Program-made: the position numbers and the translations under genes | The notes under the pieces: model-generated | Databases searched by the model: none | Seen by the model: the letters and a program-made list of their open reading frames with translations, nothing else | Told to the model about the DNA's origin: nothing | NCBI GenBank assembly: GCA_035248285.1 | Contig: DATFHP010000029.1 | Coordinates: 505 to 64,504 of the forward strand | Reading direction: 5' to 3' | Source: Allosphingosinicella sp. | GTDB taxonomy: Bacteria; Pseudomonadota; Alphaproteobacteria; Sphingomonadales; Sphingomonadaceae | Length of the DNA stretch: 64,000 nucleotides | Shown: positions 20,242 through 28,984 of the stretch, one piece after another | Position numbering within the stretch: the stretch's first letter is position 1 | Layout: each line of letters starts with the position of its first letter

Positions 20242-21648
20242 CTACCCACGAGCGAGAGCCGCAAGCTCCCCGAGCAGGATCAACGCAAGCGGCAGGAACG
20301 CCCAGACAAGGCGTCGCGCAGATCTATCGCCGGTCGACCAATTTGCGAAGCCGAGCGGCACGGCCAGCATGGCTCCCGCCATCGTCCATAGATTGTAGCG
20401 GAGATCCGGTGCCACGCTCACCCCAAGGTAGGCGAATCCATAAAGGAGCGACGACGCTGCCACTGCCGTCGCGATCGCACGCGCGCCGGGATTCGCGCCG
20501 GCGATCAGCATCGCGGCTGCGACGCCGAGCCAAGTCGCTGGGCGTCCAAGCGGGGAGCGCGCGATGACCTGCGCCGCGCCGCAAACAAGATCGGTCAGGC
20601 CGTTGGGCACAAATCTCAGGCCCAGGTGGTTTGGCTCGCTCATCGAATAGACGGCGTCATCGGGCACTGTGGCCGCAAGCCATCGCTGGTTGGCGTTGAA
20701 ATGTTTGAGCCGGTGGACCGTATAGGCGAGGGGTTCGTGAAGGATGCCGGCGATCCAGATTTCGACCCGCTTGCCGTCATGCGCCTCGATCTCGCTATCG
20801 AGGCGATCCTCGATCAGGTCGCAGGCAGGATCATAGCGTGGATTGAACATCGCCGGCGAGTAGCAGGCTTTGAGCAAGGCGGGTTCCGGGCGGGCGTATT
20901 CCGGATAGCGGTTCCGTCCGCTGCCCAATGATATGCCGGCAAGATCGAAATCTATCAGGGAGATGATGGGATGCGTTCGCTCCGGCTGGAGGAGGAGGCG
21001 ATTGATGATGAAGCTGCTTCCGGCAAGAAGCAGCGCGGCGACGAGGGTGCCGGCCGCCGCTCTTTGCCATCGCCCTTCCCATTCCGCAGGCCGGAACAAG
21101 AGCAGCAGCAGCGGCGCGGCCGCAAAGACGCCGTTGAATCGGCTTGCGGCTGCGACGATCAGCGCCGTTGCTCCAAGCGCTTTGAGCGGCCAGGGGACGG
21201 GCCGCCTGGTCGATAGCGGCAGAGCGGCGATTCCAACCGAGGCAATCAGGCAGCCGGTGAGCAGCGAGTCTTTCAGGATCGACCCCATCTGGCCGAACGC
21301 GATTGGGAAAGCGCCGATCAGCAGAAAGGCGACGGCGGCCCGCCGCATATTGCGCCTCGCGGCCACGTGGACCAGAAGGCCGAACCCTAGCCAATAAAGC
21401 GCGCAATTCAGAATGAGCAGCGGCGCCGAGCCTGGCCACAGCTGATTCAGCTGTCGCCAAATCCAGGCCATGATCGGGGGATGCCAATCCTGGTAGCGGC
21501 CGCTCAGCGCCTGACCATATTGCGAAACGGTGTCGGGCGTGATGACGCCCCAATGGAAGGCGTATATCTGAACGCACCACAGGAGCGCGCAAACGGCCGG
21601 CAGCAGCCTAAGCGATAAGGATGCTCGCCGTTCAAGCGGCGGTGACAC
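20242..21648 (-). CDS. Polytopic membrane protein, putative GT-C-like glycosyltransferase (paralog A)
   Basis: 468 aa with many hydrophobic segments. Motif block TVSQYGQALSGRYQDWHPPIMAWIWRQL ... MGSILKDSLLTG ... CYSP ... HEPLAYTVHRLKHFN is shared with 27559..28983. GTG start overlaps the stop of the upstream synthase gene by 17 nt. Confidence 0.8.
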   Translation of the reverse strand: MSPPLERRASLSLRLLPAVCALLWCVQIYAFHWGVITPDTVSQYGQALSGRYQDWHPPIMAWIWRQLNQLWPGSAPLLILNCALYWLGFGLLVHVAARRNMRRAAVAFLLIGAFPIAFGQMGSILKDSLLTGCLIASVGIAALPLSTRRPVPWPLKALGATALIVAAASRFNGVFAAAPLLLLLFRPAEWEGRWQRAAAGTLVAALLLAGSSFIINRLLLQPERTHPIISLIDFDLAGISLGSGRNRYPEYARPEPALLKACYSPAMFNPRYDPACDLIEDRLDSEIEAHDGKRVEIWIAGILHEPLAYTVHRLKHFNANQRWLAATVPDDAVYSMSEPNHLGLRFVPNGLTDLVCGAAQVIARSPLGRPATWLGVAAAMLIAGANPGARAIATAVAASSLLYGFAYLGVSVAPDLRYNLWTMAGAMLAVPLGFANWSTGDRSARRLVWAFLPLALILLGELAALARG

Positions 21649-24600
21649 GGCCGCTCCGGTCGAGCTTGCCCCAGCCCACGAGGGCTCCGCGAATGGCCTG
21701 AGTCATTGCTTTGAGCACGACATAATACATCAGTTGTCGATACCCGATCCGCTGGAGAAGAAGCAGCCAAAGCAGACGCCAATCCTCGCGTCGTTCAAGC
21801 GCCATGGCGATGACGGCGGAAAGAAAGTCGGCCATCGTGAACACCAGCCAGTACAAGGCCATGCGTTCGACATCTCCGCTCGTCTGCGCCCAACCATGTT
21901 CCTCGATTCCAAGAACGGTCGCCAGGACGCTCACCAGCAGGGCCAAGTCGATGATCGGCGAAATCGACGCAAAAAGAATCTGAAACAGAATCGCCTGCGG
22001 CAGCCCGACTCGGGCGAGACCTGGCGGGCTACCGTCCTTCATCGCCGACTTATGCTTCCACAGGCACTGAAGCGTGCCATAGGCCCATCGAAACCTCTGG
22101 CGGGCGAGCCCACGGACCGATTCCGGCGCCTCGGTCCAAGCGACTGCATATTGATCGTAATGGACGGTCCAGCCCGCGCGCTGGATCGCGATCGTCATAT
22201 CCTGATCCTCCGCGAGGGTATCGGAAGGGTAGCCGCCCACGTCGCGGAGCGCCTGGATTCTCCACGCGCCCACAGCGCCAGGGACCACGGTGATGGCTTG
22301 AAAACGTGCCAGGGCGCGGCGTTCCAGATTCTGAGCGGTAATATATTCGAGCGCCTGGCATCCCGTGACGAGATTGACCCGATTGCCCACCTTTGCGTTG
22401 CCGGCGACCGCTCCGATGGCCGGATCGCTGAACCATCGGGCGAGGCGGGAGATGGTCTTCGTCTCGAACTGCGTGTCGGCATCGAGCGCGACGACGATGT
22501 CGCCATGGACGAGCTCCAGGCCCTGGTTGAGCGCCTTGGCCTTTCCGCCATTGGGGAGCGAAAGCAGTCGAACCCGGGAGTCGTGCGAAAAGGCCCTTTT
22601 GACGATATTGCCGGTACGGTCTTGCGAGCCGTCGTCGATGACTATGACCTCGAGCGCGATATCCTCGCTGGCGAGCACGCGACGCACCGTCCTCTCGATC
22701 ACTTTTTCTTCATTGTGCGCGGGAATCAATACCGACACGAAGGTCGTTTCGCCGCGCGGAAACCGGACGCGCGCTTCGCGGCGGCTTTGCCACAGCGCCA
22801 AGCCGGAAAGCAGGATGGCGCGCAAAATGCCCATCGTGATGGCTATCCAGAATATCCATCCCAGGGCTCGGGTAATTCCGGCCACCGCACCGAAGAACGC
22901 CAGATCGGCTTCGGCGGCCATTCGATCCGCCTTGCTTATCGGCGGCATCACGTCCGCCGGGCGCAAGTCAATCAGCGCCGACACGCGCACGAAACGATAT
23001 CCTTTGGCTTTGAGCTGCTGGATTATGGCCGGCAGTGCCGCGACGGTCTGGGCGCGATCGCCGCCGCCGTCGTGCAGAAGCACGACCTGTCCGCTTCTAT
23101 CCGCACTTGACGCCAATACGCCCGCCACAGTGCGCTGAACGATCGCGTCGGCGCCCGGACGCTTCCAGTCAGCCGGATCGACGTGGAGGCCGACCGACAG
23201 GTAGCCGAGATCTTGGGCCTCGTTGATGGGGATGATCTCGTCGGTCGTCGTCGGTTCGGCGTCGCCGAAGAAAGGCGCCCGGAACAGACGCAGCGAACGT
23301 CCCGTAAAGGCCTGAAAGAGCCGCTGCGTTGCGTTGAGCTCAAGCTCCGTCTGTTGGGCGGAGGTGCGCGCCAGGTTCGGATGCGTATAGGTATGGTTTC
23401 CGATTTCCTGGCCTTCGGCGACCATGCGCTTGAGCAAAGTGCGCTGCGTCAACGCATTTTCCCCAATGATGAAGAAAGTCGCGGGAACGCCGAACGTCTT
23501 CAATTCGTCCAATATCCGGGGGGTCCACTTCGGATCGGGGCCATCATCAAACGTGAGCGCGACCATTCCCGGCTTGAAGCCCGCGCGTTCGATGACGAAG
23601 GGACTGGGCAAGACAATGATCTTCTCGTTCGTGACGAGGCCGTTCTTGTCGCGAACGATCTGCCGGACGCCCGCACTGCGAACCGCGCCGACCTTCAGGA
23701 CTTCGCCAACGCCTTCGATGTCGACGTCGTTTCCGGCCGGTATTCTTTCCAAGGTCGTGCCCTGGGGCGCATGAATCACTTGGTGGCGGCCGAAGAGCGA
23801 CCAGGTCGACGGATCCTCCGTCCCCAGGCGCCAAAGGGCGATCTGATTCACGCCCAATCCGTGCAATATCCTGAGCTGGTCGTTCACCGCCGCCTCGTCG
23901 AGCAGCCAGACTTCGTGCTCGGTCGTTCCCTCCTGATATGTAAAGCTGGCGTTGCCGCTGACCGGGTCGAATTTGGGCAAGACGCCGGACTCCTTGGCGC
24001 GCAGCCACGCTTCGTCGACCGAGATCGCGTCCGTATCTCCCCCCTTCGCCCAATCGTAGGAATAAGAGCCGATGGCGACCACGAGCTTATTGGGCGGCAA
24101 TGTATGAAGCGCTTTGCTCACCATGGCTTCGAACCAGGGACGCGACGCAATCGGCCCAGGAGGGCCGCCTGGATAATGTTCGTCATAGGCCATGACGAAC
24201 AGCTTGTCGGCCGCAGCCGCATAAGCGGGAAGATTCCAGTCGCTATTGTCGATCGGGACGGCGACGGTGACGAGCCATCCGTGGGGCGCGAAGCGGCGAT
24301 GCGCCTCGTGCAGGAAGCGCAAATAATCGCCCTGCGACGATCCGGGCAATTCCTCGAAATCGAACAATGCCCCATGGGCATGATTGACCGCCAGGAAGCG
24401 CTCTATTCTAGCCAAGAGTGCCGCGCGTGCGGCGGGATCGTCCAATAGCGCCGCGGCGCCCTTCCCATCCCATTCGCCCTCCAGCGCATTCTGCACCATG
24501 GGAAGTATCTTCGGCCGGTGCGCCGCGCCGGCGATTATTGCTCTGCCCGGATTGTCGGCAAATACCGTCATCCTATGGTCGGGACCGGTCACGGAAATCC

Positions 24601-24997
24601 ACCCCGGAATCAGCCAGTCGAGATCCTCGACGTGTCGTCCGAGCGAAGCCGCGCTCGAATCGTCCCAAGGCGCATGAAATGAAATCGCGAGCGGGGGAGC
24701 CGTAGCCGCCGTCCTTCCCACCAGGCCTCGCGCGCTGCGGAGTGCCGCCTTGATGCTGAGGCGGGCTGCGTGGCTGACCAAATTTGTCTGCGACGATCCC
24801 GACAGCGGTGGGCGCTCGACTTGGAAGGGGAGCTGATTCTGTGGGGTCACCTCCACGATCGAGGCCGCGAAGATGCCGACGGACAGCATCAGCAAAAGCA
24901 CGAATGTCGCAGCGGCAAAAGCGAACCGCCGTCGCCGTCGCCCGGAAGAGTCGTAAAATACGGGCGTTTGCCTGTCCGTCGCTTCGCCTGGCTTCAT
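21632..24997 (-). CDS. Multidomain exopolysaccharide enzyme: TM, GH18-like domain, CE4 (NodB) deacetylase, GT2 processive synthase, C-terminal TMs
   Basis: GH18-like: GALFDFEE and MAYDEH. CE4: TFDDGP, HTYTHP, RAPFF, LLHDGGG. GT2: VLIPAHNEE, VIDDGSQD, ALDADT, LAEDQD, QRFRW. Confidence 0.9.
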   Translation of the reverse strand: MKPGEATDRQTPVFYDSSGRRRRRFAFAAATFVLLLMLSVGIFAASIVEVTPQNQLPFQVERPPLSGSSQTNLVSHAARLSIKAALRSARGLVGRTAATAPPLAISFHAPWDDSSAASLGRHVEDLDWLIPGWISVTGPDHRMTVFADNPGRAIIAGAAHRPKILPMVQNALEGEWDGKGAAALLDDPAARAALLARIERFLAVNHAHGALFDFEELPGSSQGDYLRFLHEAHRRFAPHGWLVTVAVPIDNSDWNLPAYAAAADKLFVMAYDEHYPGGPPGPIASRPWFEAMVSKALHTLPPNKLVVAIGSYSYDWAKGGDTDAISVDEAWLRAKESGVLPKFDPVSGNASFTYQEGTTEHEVWLLDEAAVNDQLRILHGLGVNQIALWRLGTEDPSTWSLFGRHQVIHAPQGTTLERIPAGNDVDIEGVGEVLKVGAVRSAGVRQIVRDKNGLVTNEKIIVLPSPFVIERAGFKPGMVALTFDDGPDPKWTPRILDELKTFGVPATFFIIGENALTQRTLLKRMVAEGQEIGNHTYTHPNLARTSAQQTELELNATQRLFQAFTGRSLRLFRAPFFGDAEPTTTDEIIPINEAQDLGYLSVGLHVDPADWKRPGADAIVQRTVAGVLASSADRSGQVVLLHDGGGDRAQTVAALPAIIQQLKAKGYRFVRVSALIDLRPADVMPPISKADRMAAEADLAFFGAVAGITRALGWIFWIAITMGILRAILLSGLALWQSRREARVRFPRGETTFVSVLIPAHNEEKVIERTVRRVLASEDIALEVIVIDDGSQDRTGNIVKRAFSHDSRVRLLSLPNGGKAKALNQGLELVHGDIVVALDADTQFETKTISRLARWFSDPAIGAVAGNAKVGNRVNLVTGCQALEYITAQNLERRALARFQAITVVPGAVGAWRIQALRDVGGYPSDTLAEDQDMTIAIQRAGWTVHYDQYAVAWTEAPESVRGLARQRFRWAYGTLQCLWKHKSAMKDGSPPGLARVGLPQAILFQILFASISPIIDLALLVSVLATVLGIEEHGWAQTSGDVERMALYWLVFTMADFLSAVIAMALERREDWRLLWLLLLQRIGYRQLMYYVVLKAMTQAIRGALVGWGKLDRSGRVTAA

Positions 24998-25261
24998 TTG
25001 AGGACGACCACCCCTGTATCTTCTATGTCAGCCAACCCGTACCAAACATTCCCGCACGAACGAACTTTTCGCGTGGCCTGACTCGCCAGATCGATCACCT
25101 TTTTTGCGGCTGTCGAACTGCACCCGACGGCAGGAAGGTCGGAGCGGAATGGCCTCGACTGCTCCCGCGGACCGCGCCTCGACCGTCTTGGCGCAGGAGA
25201 AGGTGCGATGCCGATGGTCGCATGACGAGATGTCCGGCTAACATGTTCGCGGCGCCGGCGA

Positions 25262-25280
25262 ACATTACAAAAAGGTAATG
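25262..25280. promoter_or_regulatory. Candidate operator: palindrome ACATTAC-N6-GTAATG (site 1)
   Basis: acattacaaaaaggtaatg lies in the divergent region between the synthase gene (ATG 24997) and the DUF1508 gene (ATG 25425). It matches site 2 at 17 of 19 positions. Confidence 0.5.
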
Positions 25281-25424
25281 CCGGCGATTCCGTCGCCCCG
25301 TTCATCCTGCGGCAATCGGCCATTCCGGATTGCAGGCTTTTCGGCGGTCATGGACAAGACCGTCCGGAAGGACGCGCAATGATTGCGGAAGTCAGAGATT
25401 GATTGGGTGGAAGGAAGAACAGGC

Positions 25425-25709
25425 ATGCCGAAGCGACCCGTCCCGTCTTTCATGGTGTTTACCGATCAGCAGGGTCGCTGGCACTGGAATTTTGCAGACA
25501 GCGGCGGAAACATCGTTGCGATCGGCAATGGCGCATTCAAGCATCCTGCAGGATGCGCCAAGGCGATCCGGGCGCTGTTGAATGTGGGCAGCGCGCCGGT
25601 GCTGGTTCGCGATGCGGTCTTCAGGCCGCTGACGGCGGGATCGGCCCCACAGCTCGAAGAGAGCGATGATCCGGCCGTGGCGCAGCCGGTGTCGCTTGAG
25701 GACGGATAA
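25425..25709 (+). CDS. YegP-like (DUF1508) protein
   Basis: FMVFTDQQGRWHWNFADSGGNIVAIGNGAFKHPAGCAKAIRALLN matches the DUF1508 repeat pattern. GGAAGGAAG lies upstream of ATG 25425. Confidence 0.7.
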   Translation: MPKRPVPSFMVFTDQQGRWHWNFADSGGNIVAIGNGAFKHPAGCAKAIRALLNVGSAPVLVRDAVFRPLTAGSAPQLEESDDPAVAQPVSLEDG

Positions 25710-25803
25710 AGTTGACCGGACTGGCTGATTGCGGTCCGGCACGCGTTCAAGCCCCTGGGCTGTTGGCCATCATTCCACTCCGTCCCATTGGAGCTCAAAG
25801 CGC

Positions 25804-26172
25804 GTGGGCAGATTGACGCTTTTCCGAGGATTGTTCTGGGTTGCCCTCGTCTTTGCTTTTGTCATGGCGGTGCTTCCCCATGCGCCCGAGCTGCCGGGCC
25901 ATCCGCTCGACAAGGTTCAGCATATTGTCGCATTCATGGTTCTGACCGCGCTCGGGTGCTGGGGCTATCCGCGGGCGAGATTGGTTGCGGTGGCGGTTTG
26001 GCTCTCGGGTTTTGGGGCGTCGATCGAGTTGGTTCAGGGGCTTCCCTTCGTGCATCGCGACAGCGACGCGATGGACTGGATCGCAGATACCCTTGCAATA
26101 GCTTTCGTCTTGATCGTGATGGCGCTTGTACGCGGTCGTGCGAAGACGAGAGCCCGTTCGTCGGCAGGCTGA
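25804..26172 (+). CDS. VanZ-like family membrane protein
   Basis: Four hydrophobic segments with LDKVQHIVAFMVLTALG and DWIADTLAIAFVL. GTG 25804 chosen; the track ORF starts at 25729. Confidence 0.7.
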   Translation: MGRLTLFRGLFWVALVFAFVMAVLPHAPELPGHPLDKVQHIVAFMVLTALGCWGYPRARLVAVAVWLSGFGASIELVQGLPFVHRDSDAMDWIADTLAIAFVLIVMALVRGRAKTRARSSAG

Positions 26173-26314
26173 GCGTGCGCAAACCCGCTATGGCGGTGTT
26201 CCGGTCGGCCCGCTTCTCGCTTCCGCTTGCTTGCCGTGATTTCCGAATCCCCGGATGATCGTTTCTGGCTGGGAATCACGCCCGCATGGTCGTTCGAAAG
26301 GAGAGGGCGGCAAG

Positions 26315-26875
26315 ATGGAAGTCGAGGTCACTGCCGAAGCGAAGGACAAGCGGCTCAACCAGCTCGTGGCCGTCACGGTGGTCGTTCTTTCGGTCTGCAC
26401 CGGCCTGGGCAATATCAAGGACGGCAACATTGTGCAGGCGATGCAGCAAGCCAAGGCCGATGCCGTGGATACGTGGAGCGAATATCAGGCCAACCGGATC
26501 AAGCTCCATGTCGCCGAGGTCGGCCGCGCCGAGCTTGCCAACGCTGTCGGGAGCGGACGGCAGAGCGCGCGGAACGAGATCGCCGCTCTCGATGCCGAAA
26601 TCCGGAAATATCGCGATTCGACGCCAGGGCTTGCTGCGAAAGCCAAGGATTTTGAAGCGCGCTATGACGCGATGAACGTCCATGACGATCAATTCGATGC
26701 CAGCGAGGCCCTGATTGCGACGGCTATTTCGATGGCTGCCGTAGCCGCGCTGGCGGAGAATTTCTGGCTTTTGGCGTCGAGCTGGATATGCGGCAGTATC
26801 GGGATCTTTTTCGGCGTCTGCGGCTTCGCCGGACTCGGCTTTCATCCGGATATTTTGAGCAAGTTCCTGGGATAG
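26315..26875 (+). CDS. DUF4337 family protein
   Basis: RLNQLVAVTVVVLSVCTGLGN ... AKADAVDTWSEYQANRIKLH ... C-terminal TM pair. AAAGGAGAG lies upstream of ATG 26315. Confidence 0.75.
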   Translation: MEVEVTAEAKDKRLNQLVAVTVVVLSVCTGLGNIKDGNIVQAMQQAKADAVDTWSEYQANRIKLHVAEVGRAELANAVGSGRQSARNEIAALDAEIRKYRDSTPGLAAKAKDFEARYDAMNVHDDQFDASEALIATAISMAAVAALAENFWLLASSWICGSIGIFFGVCGFAGLGFHPDILSKFLG

Positions 26876-26949
26876 GTCATGGGCCCGGCCGATCACGCAT
26901 CCGTTCGGTCCAGCGCACGCGACGGTCCATGGGCGCGGAACAGGCACGT

Positions 26950-26979
26950 AAAAAGAAGGCGCCGGACAAAGGCGCCCTC
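26950..26979 (-). terminator. Rho-independent terminator of the lipoprotein gene
   Basis: Minus strand reads gagggcgcc-tttgtcc-ggcgccttc followed by TTTTT, about 40 nt after the stop at 27023. Confidence 0.7.
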
Positions 26980-27022
26980 AGTTGCTAGGGACTGTTGAAT
27001 GCGTGGCGAGCGATAGCGCGAC

Positions 27023-27295
27023 TCAGTGGGTGTTGCTTGCCGCTGCGTCTATCGCGTCGGCCTTTTTGTCGCCTTCCGAACGCACGGCGTCGGCCTTGTT
27101 CTTCATCGCGTCCGAGGCGTTCTCGGCGGCGTTGCTCATATTGTCGGCGGCGGACTCAACGTTCGCTGCCTGATTGTCGATGGCGGCGGCCGAATTGTCC
27201 GCCGCTGCGGCAGTGTTCTGGGCCTCGGGAGTCTTGTGGCCGCAACCGCTGAGCAGCAGCCCGGTCGCCGCAGCAATGAGAATTTTCCTGTTCAT
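27023..27295 (-). CDS. Small Ala/Asn/Asp-rich lipoprotein
   Basis: Signal peptide with lipobox MNRKILIAAATGLLLSGC, then low-complexity repeats (AADN, AAEN, ADA). Confidence 0.8.
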   Translation of the reverse strand: MNRKILIAAATGLLLSGCGHKTPEAQNTAAAADNSAAAIDNQAANVESAADNMSNAAENASDAMKNKADAVRSEGDKKADAIDAAASNTH

Positions 27296-27450
27296 CGATC
27301 TCTAGACCCCTCTTCCTAATCGCATTTCCCGCGGGTTCGCATCCGCCTTCACTTCATTCGTCGCTCCAAGAATGATCTCGAAACGTGGAGTGACGGCCGG
27401 GCGGCCCTGCCCAATGGAGAAGGTCGCCTAGCGGATTGCCGCGTCCCGTT

Positions 27451-27472
27451 CACATTACAAATTGGTAATGTG
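27451..27472. promoter_or_regulatory. Candidate operator: palindrome CACATTAC-N6-GTAATGTG (site 2)
   Basis: cacattacaaattggtaatgtg lies in the divergent region between the lipoprotein gene (ATG 27295) and paralog B (ATG 27499 or 27559). Confidence 0.5.
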
Positions 27473-27558
27473 ACGTTTCAGCCTGATGTGCGCCATGAAT
27501 GCTGCGACAGCCAAGATATTCGCAAACGTCTAGGGAAGCGTTTCCAATCCCCAAAGCC

Positions 27559-28983
27559 ATGCAACCCTTGCGTGAGATCGCGCGCAAAGCGGCTCAACTC
27601 GGCGATCTGGCAGTCATGATGCCGATAGTCGGCTTCATCGCGATGTCGATCGCTTATTGGCCCGGGCTGGTGACGTGGGACTCACTGCGCCAATATGACC
27701 AGGCGCTCAACGGTGACATCGACGATTGGCACCCTCCGGTCATGGAATGGATCTGGCGGCAGCTCATTCCCCTCGATGCCGGCCCTGCGCCAATGCTGTT
27801 ATTTCAGCTCATCCTGCTGGTGAGCGGGCTGGCATTGCTCGCGATCTGGGCGATCCGCCAGAAGCGCCGCGGCTTGGGAATTGCCATCGGTGTGTGTGCG
27901 ATGATGCCGATTCCTGCGGCGCTGATGGGCACCATTCTCAAGGATAGCTTGATGACAGGCGCGCTGCTCGCGGCGACCGGTCTATTGGCGATGGGGCGTC
28001 TTCGCCCGCTCGGTCCGACAAGGTGGGCCGCGATCGGGCTGGTCCTGTTCGCGGCTTCGTTGCGATTCAATGCTTTCCTTGCAGGCCTTCCGCTGCTGCT
28101 GGCGCTTCTGCCCGCCTCCTTTCGCGTTACGCGGATTCGAACCGCGGCCTCCGCAGTCGCGAGCCTATCGGCTTTGCTTTTGGTGATGCCGGCGGCGAAC
28201 GCGATGATCGGCGCGGAGCATAGCGGCGTCGAACTTTCGCTCATTGCATTCGATCTTGGCGGCATTACGAAGCACAGCGGCGTCGACGCCTTCCCGCCGC
28301 TCGGGCTCGCCAACCCGGTCGACATAAACAGGCGTTGCTACTCTCCAGTCAAATGGGATCCCTATAGCTGGTGGGTGGATGAACCGTGCCCGATCGGCTT
28401 TTATCGGCTTCGGCGCGTATTTCTGAGCAACGGAACCAATCCCCAAATCTATTGGGCCAAACAAATCGCCGCGCATCCGCTGGCTTATGCGGCTCATCGT
28501 CTGAGCCATTGGAACATCAATGCACGCTTCCTCGTCAGCAATGAGATCGAAAGGCCGGTCCAAGTCGAAGCACCGCCCAACGATTGGAATTTCCACACGA
28601 CACCGAGCCTAGCCTTGTCATTCGTCGACCAGGCAGCATTGCTGAGCGCCCATACGCCGCTGGGCTGGCCATGTGCATGGCTCGCGCTTTCCCTGGGAAT
28701 CATCTTGGCTTCGCGGGAACTTCCTTCTCGCGGTCTCGTGGCGCCGCTGGCCATGTCTGCGCTTCTTTATGGGACAGGCTATGTCGTCTTCAGCGTTGCC
28801 GCGGAGCTGCGATATTATCTGTGGACGATGATTGCGGCTGCCGTAGCGCTCGTCATCACGGCGAGCGATCTTTATCACTCGAATGACAGGCGTCGAACAA
28901 TAAGGTGGCTCGTGCTGTTCGGCCCGGCCTTGGTGGTTTCATTGCTCGCTTGCCTATGGCGCAGCGGCCGGTGGGGAGCCTAG
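27559..28983 (+). CDS. Polytopic membrane protein, putative GT-C-like glycosyltransferase (paralog B)
   Basis: Shares SLRQYDQALNGDIDDWHPPVMEWIWRQL ... MGTILKDSLMTG ... CYSP ... AHPLAYAAHRLSHWN with 20242..21648. ATG 27559 gives an N-terminus of the same length as paralog A; 27499 is possible. Confidence 0.8.
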   Translation: MQPLREIARKAAQLGDLAVMMPIVGFIAMSIAYWPGLVTWDSLRQYDQALNGDIDDWHPPVMEWIWRQLIPLDAGPAPMLLFQLILLVSGLALLAIWAIRQKRRGLGIAIGVCAMMPIPAALMGTILKDSLMTGALLAATGLLAMGRLRPLGPTRWAAIGLVLFAASLRFNAFLAGLPLLLALLPASFRVTRIRTAASAVASLSALLLVMPAANAMIGAEHSGVELSLIAFDLGGITKHSGVDAFPPLGLANPVDINRRCYSPVKWDPYSWWVDEPCPIGFYRLRRVFLSNGTNPQIYWAKQIAAHPLAYAAHRLSHWNINARFLVSNEIERPVQVEAPPNDWNFHTTPSLALSFVDQAALLSAHTPLGWPCAWLALSLGIILASRELPSRGLVAPLAMSALLYGTGYVVFSVAAELRYYLWTMIAAAVALVITASDLYHSNDRRRTIRWLVLFGPALVVSLLACLWRSGRWGA

Positions 28984-28984
28984 G

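Noticed and set aside
25085-25110. T-run (cacctttttt) that could mark a terminator upstream of the synthase gene
   Set aside because: No convincing GC-rich stem precedes it, and there is no plus-strand gene for it to terminate.
26272-26294. EcfG-type general stress promoter candidate (GGAAT-N14-CGTT) upstream of the DUF4337 gene
   Set aside because: The -35 element is GGAAT rather than GGAAC, and the spacer is 14 nt rather than the 16-17 nt of the established consensus. I found no better GGAAC...CGTT match upstream of the neighbouring stress-type genes, so I cannot support it.
27331-27347. tRNA T-arm-like string gcgggttcgcatccgcc
   Set aside because: The flanking bases do not form a 5-bp T-stem, and no acceptor, D or anticodon arms can be drawn around it. 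It is not a tRNA.
28856-28984. The 3' part of the EAL-fragment ORF overlapping paralog B
   Set aside because: EAL similarity stops at about 28985. The rest is read-through in a frame antisense to the end of the paralog B gene.
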